Origin: Eledone cirrhosa
Taxonomy: Eukaryota
NCBI GenBank assembly: GCA_964016885.1
Contig: OZ024742.1
Location: 118,482,001 to 118,546,000, forward strand
Length of the DNA stretch: 64,000 bases
Reading direction: 5' to 3'
Shown here piece after piece: positions 58,801-64,000 of this stretch. Positions within the stretch are counted from its first letter, which is position 1, and each line of letters starts with the position of its first letter. The notes beneath the pieces are model-generated. The model did not search any database. It saw only the letters and a list, made by a program, of their open reading frames with translations, and was not told where the DNA came from. Made by a program: the position numbers and the translations under genes.

Positions 58801-59533
58801 ACTGGAAAATGCTGAGAGTCTTTTGAAGTCATTAGAGCAAGCGTCCAACTGTGTTGGACTGTACCTCAACGAATCCAAGACTGAGTATGTGAACAGATGC
58901 GCAAACAGCCCAAACTACCCCATCAGAACCCTTAATGGTACCACCCTTAAGCAGGTGGAAGATTACAAGTATCTTGGCTCATATATTTCCTCCTCCAAAA
59001 AAAATTCTCTAACCAGGAAGGGTATGGCATGGTCAGCGTGCAATGACATGCACGCCATATGGACATCTCAACTTACCAACAAGCTAAAACTGGAAATATT
59101 CCAAGCAATCATTAAGCCCATATTACTTTATGGATCCGAAACTTGGACACTAACATCACAACTTGAGAGGAGATTGGATGGCACATATACCCGCCTCTTA
59201 ATGAGGGTGCAAAACCTATCCTGGAAACGACATCCCACCTTGTCTAAAATCTATGGCAAACTCCCTCGAGCCTCTGCCCTTCTAAAATCCCGGAGAGCTC
59301 AATTTGCTGGCCACTGTCACCGTGCCAGCAATGAAATCATATCCGCTCTCTTGCTCTGGAACCCTGACTCCAGCCTGACTAGGAGTAAGAAGCTGTCATT
59401 CCCTGACATTATCTCTAGGGATACGGGAATCAGTAGACAGGATCTGGGGGGCAGCGATGGGGGACAGGGAATTCTGGGGCATGAGAGTGAGATCCATCAT
59501 CTCGACAGTAGTCGACGAGTGGTGGTGGTGGAT
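55856..59533 (+). mobile_element. Near-full-length RTE/RTE-X-like LINE (APE + RT), frameshifted
   Basis: SLNTRTL, LAVQEHR, VYSPH, GDLNA, SDHR, NYRGIS, QNGFRRGRST, GILQGDTLAPYLF, DFADDIAL, YKYLGS, LLYGSETW, LDGTYTRLL; (GTG)n tail. Confidence 0.93.
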
Positions 59534-59629
59534 GTCTGCTTAATTGAGGACAACAGTACATAAGCCTATACGCAGTGGTTAATCATATTTGAAGCAGTGT
59601 GACAGTATAGGATCCCATCTATTCTTTTT

Positions 59630-60070
59630 TACTCACTTATTCCTGGTAGGGTCGTGGGTACAGGTCTTGAGACACCTTCCTGGAGGAGGGAGGGTCATAT
59701 CAGAAATAAATCCAGCTGGATCTCCAAACGAGACCAACTGAGCTTATGTTATCCAACATTCTTGCTCATGGTGTACCACTGGGTCTCCTACCAGTTGGCA
59801 TTACCCCTCAAATCTGTTCAGCGATTCCTTCCTGAGATATTCTAACCACTTGTCCGTAGTACCGGAGCTGTGATTTCTCTATGCAGGGAATAACGACTGT
59901 ACCTGTGTCACACTGAATCTCCCATATTAAAGTTCAGCCGCTTTCATGTTAACTTCCTCAGCAGACTGTTCTGTTGATCGAAAAACCTGAGCAATCATTA
60001 TCGAAACCGACGGAGATTCATTTCATGGCACACTGTTCCATTATGACTGAAGTGGTAGATTGGTCACTGC
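59630..60070 (-). mobile_element. RTE-type LINE 3' fragment
   Basis: Homologous to 2155-2480 (TTATCCAAC, CAGCGATTCCTTCCTGAGATATTCTAA, GGAGCTGTGAT). Confidence 0.7.
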
Positions 60071-60174
60071 TAAAAGTGTTTAAGCATGGCGGAGCCCCTC
60101 CCTATCCAAGCCTGGGTACAGCAGATTTGTTCGAGAGAAAGATAGAAAGTGAAATGAGAAAGGGATATAGAGGC

Positions 60175-60337
60175 AGAATCCACCCCAGTACTAGACGGAT
60201 ATTTTTTTTATCGATCTCGAAAAGATGAAAGGCAAAGTTGACCTTAGTGGGATTTGAACTCAGAGAGCAGAGAGTCAGAACGAATACCTAAAGCATTCTA
60301 CCCATCGTTCTAATGTCTGCCAATTATTTACTGCCGC
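60175..60337 (-). mobile_element. Diverged tRNA-derived SINE
   Basis: GATGAAAGGCAAAGTTGACC...GGATTTGAACTCAGA. Confidence 0.7.
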
Positions 60338-60641
60338 CTTTTATTTACTGTTTACTTGTGGTTAATTTTCATGCCAGTCTTTGCTACCACGCTATACACC
60401 GCTTAGTCGCGGAAAATGTATACGTCTCTAGCCATTGTAAGACCATACAATTTTGGTTAGACTAGACTAGCTTCGCTGATGAGGTCTAATAAGATCAAAA
60501 TATGCTTGTAGCTGTCAATTGTACTGCTGATTAGATTCAACCACTGCATGCCATAATTTTAATTACAACTTCGGGGTTGTCATTCGTTTTTCTTTGTTTT
60601 TTTTTTATTTTTTTTACCAGTTATAATTATTTATATTATTA

Positions 60642-60771
60642 TAATTGTTTCTACTTTAGGCACAAGGCCAGCAATTATCCAGTGCATTACTGGTACTTTA
60701 TTTTATCGACCCCGTAAGGATGAAAGGCAAAGTCAACCTCGGCGGGATTTGAACTCAGATCCGAAAGGGAC
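60642..60771 (-). mobile_element. tRNA-derived SINE, 5'-truncated
   Basis: Family consensus match. Confidence 0.88.
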
Positions 60772-62512
60772 TATTATAATGATTATTCATATCTAAGAAT
60801 TTTACTTTAATTAAATAAAACGCCTAGCGTCCACGTTTCTAATAGGTCTTGATGTTTGGTTATTTCGTTTGAGGTTATTCTTGTCAGTTGTGCCCGCGCG
60901 AGTGCGGTGATGCCTCCACTGATGCTATGCTTTGGTTTTGTGGGAGTCAGTTCTGTTCAGCAGAAATTGATGCATGAAAAGTAGTTCAAGTCAGGTGACG
61001 TATATGGGTGTGTTTGTGTAGGTTGTTTAGGGTTTAGTGATAATTTATGTTGCACTATTAAGTCCCGTGTCTAATGCTTCCATTTTTAGTACTGTGTAGC
61101 GTTTGTGGTATCTATATACAGGATACACGATTTTTACATACCATGAGACCTTCCTTGGGGTTTGTCCTGTTGTCATTGGTGCGTTTGGAGGATCTAATGT
61201 ATCCTATGCAGGGGTTTTATAATTGATTCTGAGAGCATGAGATGAATTTTGGTTCTTCCGGGAGTGATTATTATTATTATTTATTTATTTATTTAGTAAG
61301 CCGGTAATTTCATATTGCTGCTGCCTTAGATATGTTTAATGAAATCATTAGTGAATGAAATACCGTAGTTTTAAAGTATTGTGTATATTCTGGGTAGAGC
61401 TGTGGTTTTTAGAAAGGAGATAATGGCAGTTTTTTTTTTCCGGTTTTTAATCTTATTGATCGTTTATGAGTTGTGATTTTTTTATGTGAGATTTTGGAAA
61501 ATGTGGGATTTTTTTTTTTTCTGGTGAGTCCTTACTTCCCAATGATTTTCTATCTATTTCATGCAGGTCGTCGGTTTCAGTGTTCTCCCAAACTTGATAT
61601 TGAACCACGTGTTTCTCTGTACAGTTTCTTTTTGATTTTTTTTTTTTGTTTTTGTTTTTTTGCCGTGTTATTTCACAAACTTTTCTAAAGTGAACCTCAT
61701 CTTTTCTAGACTATTACCTGTATATCCATCGATTATTAATGCGGTAATGCAATTTCTTTGCTATTTGTAGCAATTCGAGCATTTAAATAACATCCACACA
61801 TGCGTTCTTGGATGTATATACATTCACTTCTCATGAATCAATTCTAAAATCATATATTAAAGAAAAAAGAATAAAGTCAGAACTGTGTATGTAATCAACA
61901 TTATGTATAAACAATTGTAATAAATATAAAACTTTACAAATAGATAATGATTTAGTTTAACCTATAGAATAAAAAGTAACCTATGAAATATGAAAGCCTA
62001 TGATGATAGAAAACACTGTTTAATAGCAAAATAGCGTGTATTTTTTTTTAATACATCCTGGTACGCTGATTTATATACTTCAATAACTTGTTGGAATTGT
62101 ATTACTGATATAGCATTGAAGTATTACGCGCTAATGTTTACGATGTGTTTCGAGTTTGAAAAATATTTACCAATAAGGTATAGAAATATTCGTTCTTTGT
62201 AGGATATTGACCTAACATTCTGAGTAATGTTAAAATATCACAAAGTGTTATTTTTAGAAGACCTTTACAATGGAAGAAATGTACAAAACATCTAATAAAC
62301 TTAAGAGAATGTATTAAAATAGATTCAGTTGAAAACTTAAAATTTAAAAAAAAGCCTAATTAAAATAAATGCATATAATAAAAAGTTAATGAACTGCATG
62401 AAACATTTATCAATTTGAAGGGTATGTGTGTGAGAGTTTTGTTTTGTTTTGTTTTTAGCAGATTCATTTCACCGAATATAGTACAAGGTTTTAAAAAATA
62501 GTAATAGTCTTT

Positions 62513-62815
62513 TTATATAAAAACTAAATCCATTTCTGATTTACTTTTATTATTGAATTCTGTCTCACTTGTTGGCAAATGTTTTTCAAACCTAAAAAGA
62601 ATTTTCTTTTCCCACTCTTTGGGCATGTATGTCGTCAGTTTGCGCTCCAACTGTATTAATTCACGTGGGAAATAGGCCGGCACTTCTTCACGCCAACTGG
62701 ACGGTTTTAACCAACGAATCAAGGCAATCATAGGAATTCCCAAAATGGAAAGAATAATTATGAGTGTTGCCACGAATAAGCACCAGCCTGGCCAAGTTGA
62801 TTTTGATAGACTTCC
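62513..62815 (-). CDS. Terminal coding exon of an SLC6 sodium:neurotransmitter/amino-acid symporter (B0AT-like TM12 and C-tail)
   Basis: Acceptor ttttgtgttttatag|GGA; 303-nt phase-0 exon GSLSKSTWPGWCLFVATLIIILSILGIPMIALIRWL...*; P-x-W followed by a TM helix ending in IP matches SLC6 TM12. Upstream exons probably lie beyond the window. Confidence 0.75.
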   Translation of the reverse strand, partial: GSLSKSTWPGWCLFVATLIIILSILGIPMIALIRWLKPSSWREEVPAYFPRELIQLERKLTTYMPKEWEKKILFRFEKHLPTSETEFNNKSKSEMDLVFI

Positions 62816-63427
62816 CTATAAAACACAAAATTTACAATAATTAGAACATTCAGAAATTTCTATATTTTATTCAATTGTTTTTAATAGTAAAAGGAAATAA
62901 TGTGGGAGAGTCAAGTTGCCAATCAATAATTTGGAGAGAAAAAAAAAAACAAACAAAGAGGGAAGGAGTCGATCATTAGACTGAACCAAGGAAACGATGT
63001 TTCCATAAATATTTCCATTGCTGATGCTATCTGCTGGTCGAAAATCCTGTCAGAAAAAGCAATGTGAAACATTTTGGTCAAGAACGCAATGCACAGACCA
63101 GTCCAAGAATTTAACCCAACACTTTATAATCGCGTAACCAACACCCTAACCACTGGACATCGTTCCTTTGAATATGTATTCAATCTGTTAAAATAACAAC
63201 TGGTCGACAATATATAGGTGGTGCCTATTTAGGAAACCTGCTATGCTGGTTTCGAATCCCTTCATGGAGAAAATTTTAGCAATCAGTGAATAAAAAGGAA
63301 ATACGGAACAAAATTTACATTTTAGTTAATCTATATTTTAAGGTTCGTTTGTATTCGAAAATTGCAGATTTAATTAAGTTTATAATTAGAATCAACATTT
63401 TGATAGAAGAAACTGATGTAATAAATA

Positions 63428-63618
63428 TAATTGTTTCTACTTTTGGCACAAGGCCAGCAATTACCCAGTGCATTACTGGTACTTTATTTTATCGAGACCC
63501 CACAAGGATGAGAGGCAAAGTCAACCTCGGCAGGATTTGAACTCAGATCGTAAAGGGACGTAACTAAGCGCCAAAGCATGCCGTCCGACCCTCTACCGAT
63601 ACTGCCAATCGACCGCCT
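63428..63618 (-). mobile_element. Full-length tRNA-derived SINE, intronic
   Basis: Family consensus with A/B boxes. Confidence 0.9.
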
Positions 63619-63741
63619 GATGTACTAAAGATAATGTGCTTGTACATGCAATAAATAAAATATTTAGCATTTCGTTGTATAATGAATGGCTTTAGTTAAA
63701 ATACTTATTTCTTACATAGACAATACCTCAAATGGAAGGAA

Positions 63742-63890
63742 ACAGTCGATTATATTGATTGTGGTACTTGACTAGTACGTTACTTTATCGACTCCGGAAG
63801 GATGAAAGGCAAATTTTACTTCCGAATGTAAAAAGCCGGAACAAATGCTGTGATATATTTTATGTGACGCAGATCGATTCTGCCAATCTA
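63742..63890 (-). mobile_element. Degenerate SINE
   Basis: TTTATCGACTCCGGAAGGATGAAAGGCAAA and CTGCCAAT. Confidence 0.55.
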
Positions 63891-64000
63891 ATGGGAACGA
63901 TAAATCTTCCATTGAGAATCAAACTAATTTCACCAGAAGTGTACCTTATATTTTAGGTGAACCTCATTAATAGATGTACCTCATTAAATACGTACATGCC

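Noticed and set aside
60468-60515. Hammerhead-like CTGATGA-GGTCT AATA AGATC-AAAA
   Set aside because: GAAA is mutated to AAAA and stems I and III are poor; at most a dead PLE remnant.

Overview
This is eukaryotic, AT-rich, repeat-dominated DNA. The SINE family and LINE tails suggest an octopus-like cephalopod (inference, not checked). The only well-supported host coding sequence is a terminal exon of an SLC6-family transporter on the minus strand (62513-62815); there are also weak candidate exons at 3.3-4.4 kb. Both flanks carry many tRNA-derived SINEs, RTE-type LINEs and a hAT MITE. The central ~37 kb (7980-45440) is a (TA)n-derived satellite field packed with retroelements: several Penelope-like element (PLE) families, a CR1-type LINE, RTE LINEs, two non-autonomous LTR elements and a Helitron-like element. 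By reading motifs I find ten recognisable type I hammerhead ribozymes (HHRs) plus one near-identical copy with a core mismatch, in four families. One family forms an ORF-less ~414-430 bp tandem resembling a retrozyme, one has a U3:A8 core variant, one has a stem III that is itself (UA)n, and one has a large stem II insert. Most PLE ends have fold-back inverted copies. One PLE has a coiled-coil ORF1 joined to the RT N-terminus by a UUUUUUA -1 frameshift site. The many YIYI-rich ORFs are microsatellite artefacts.
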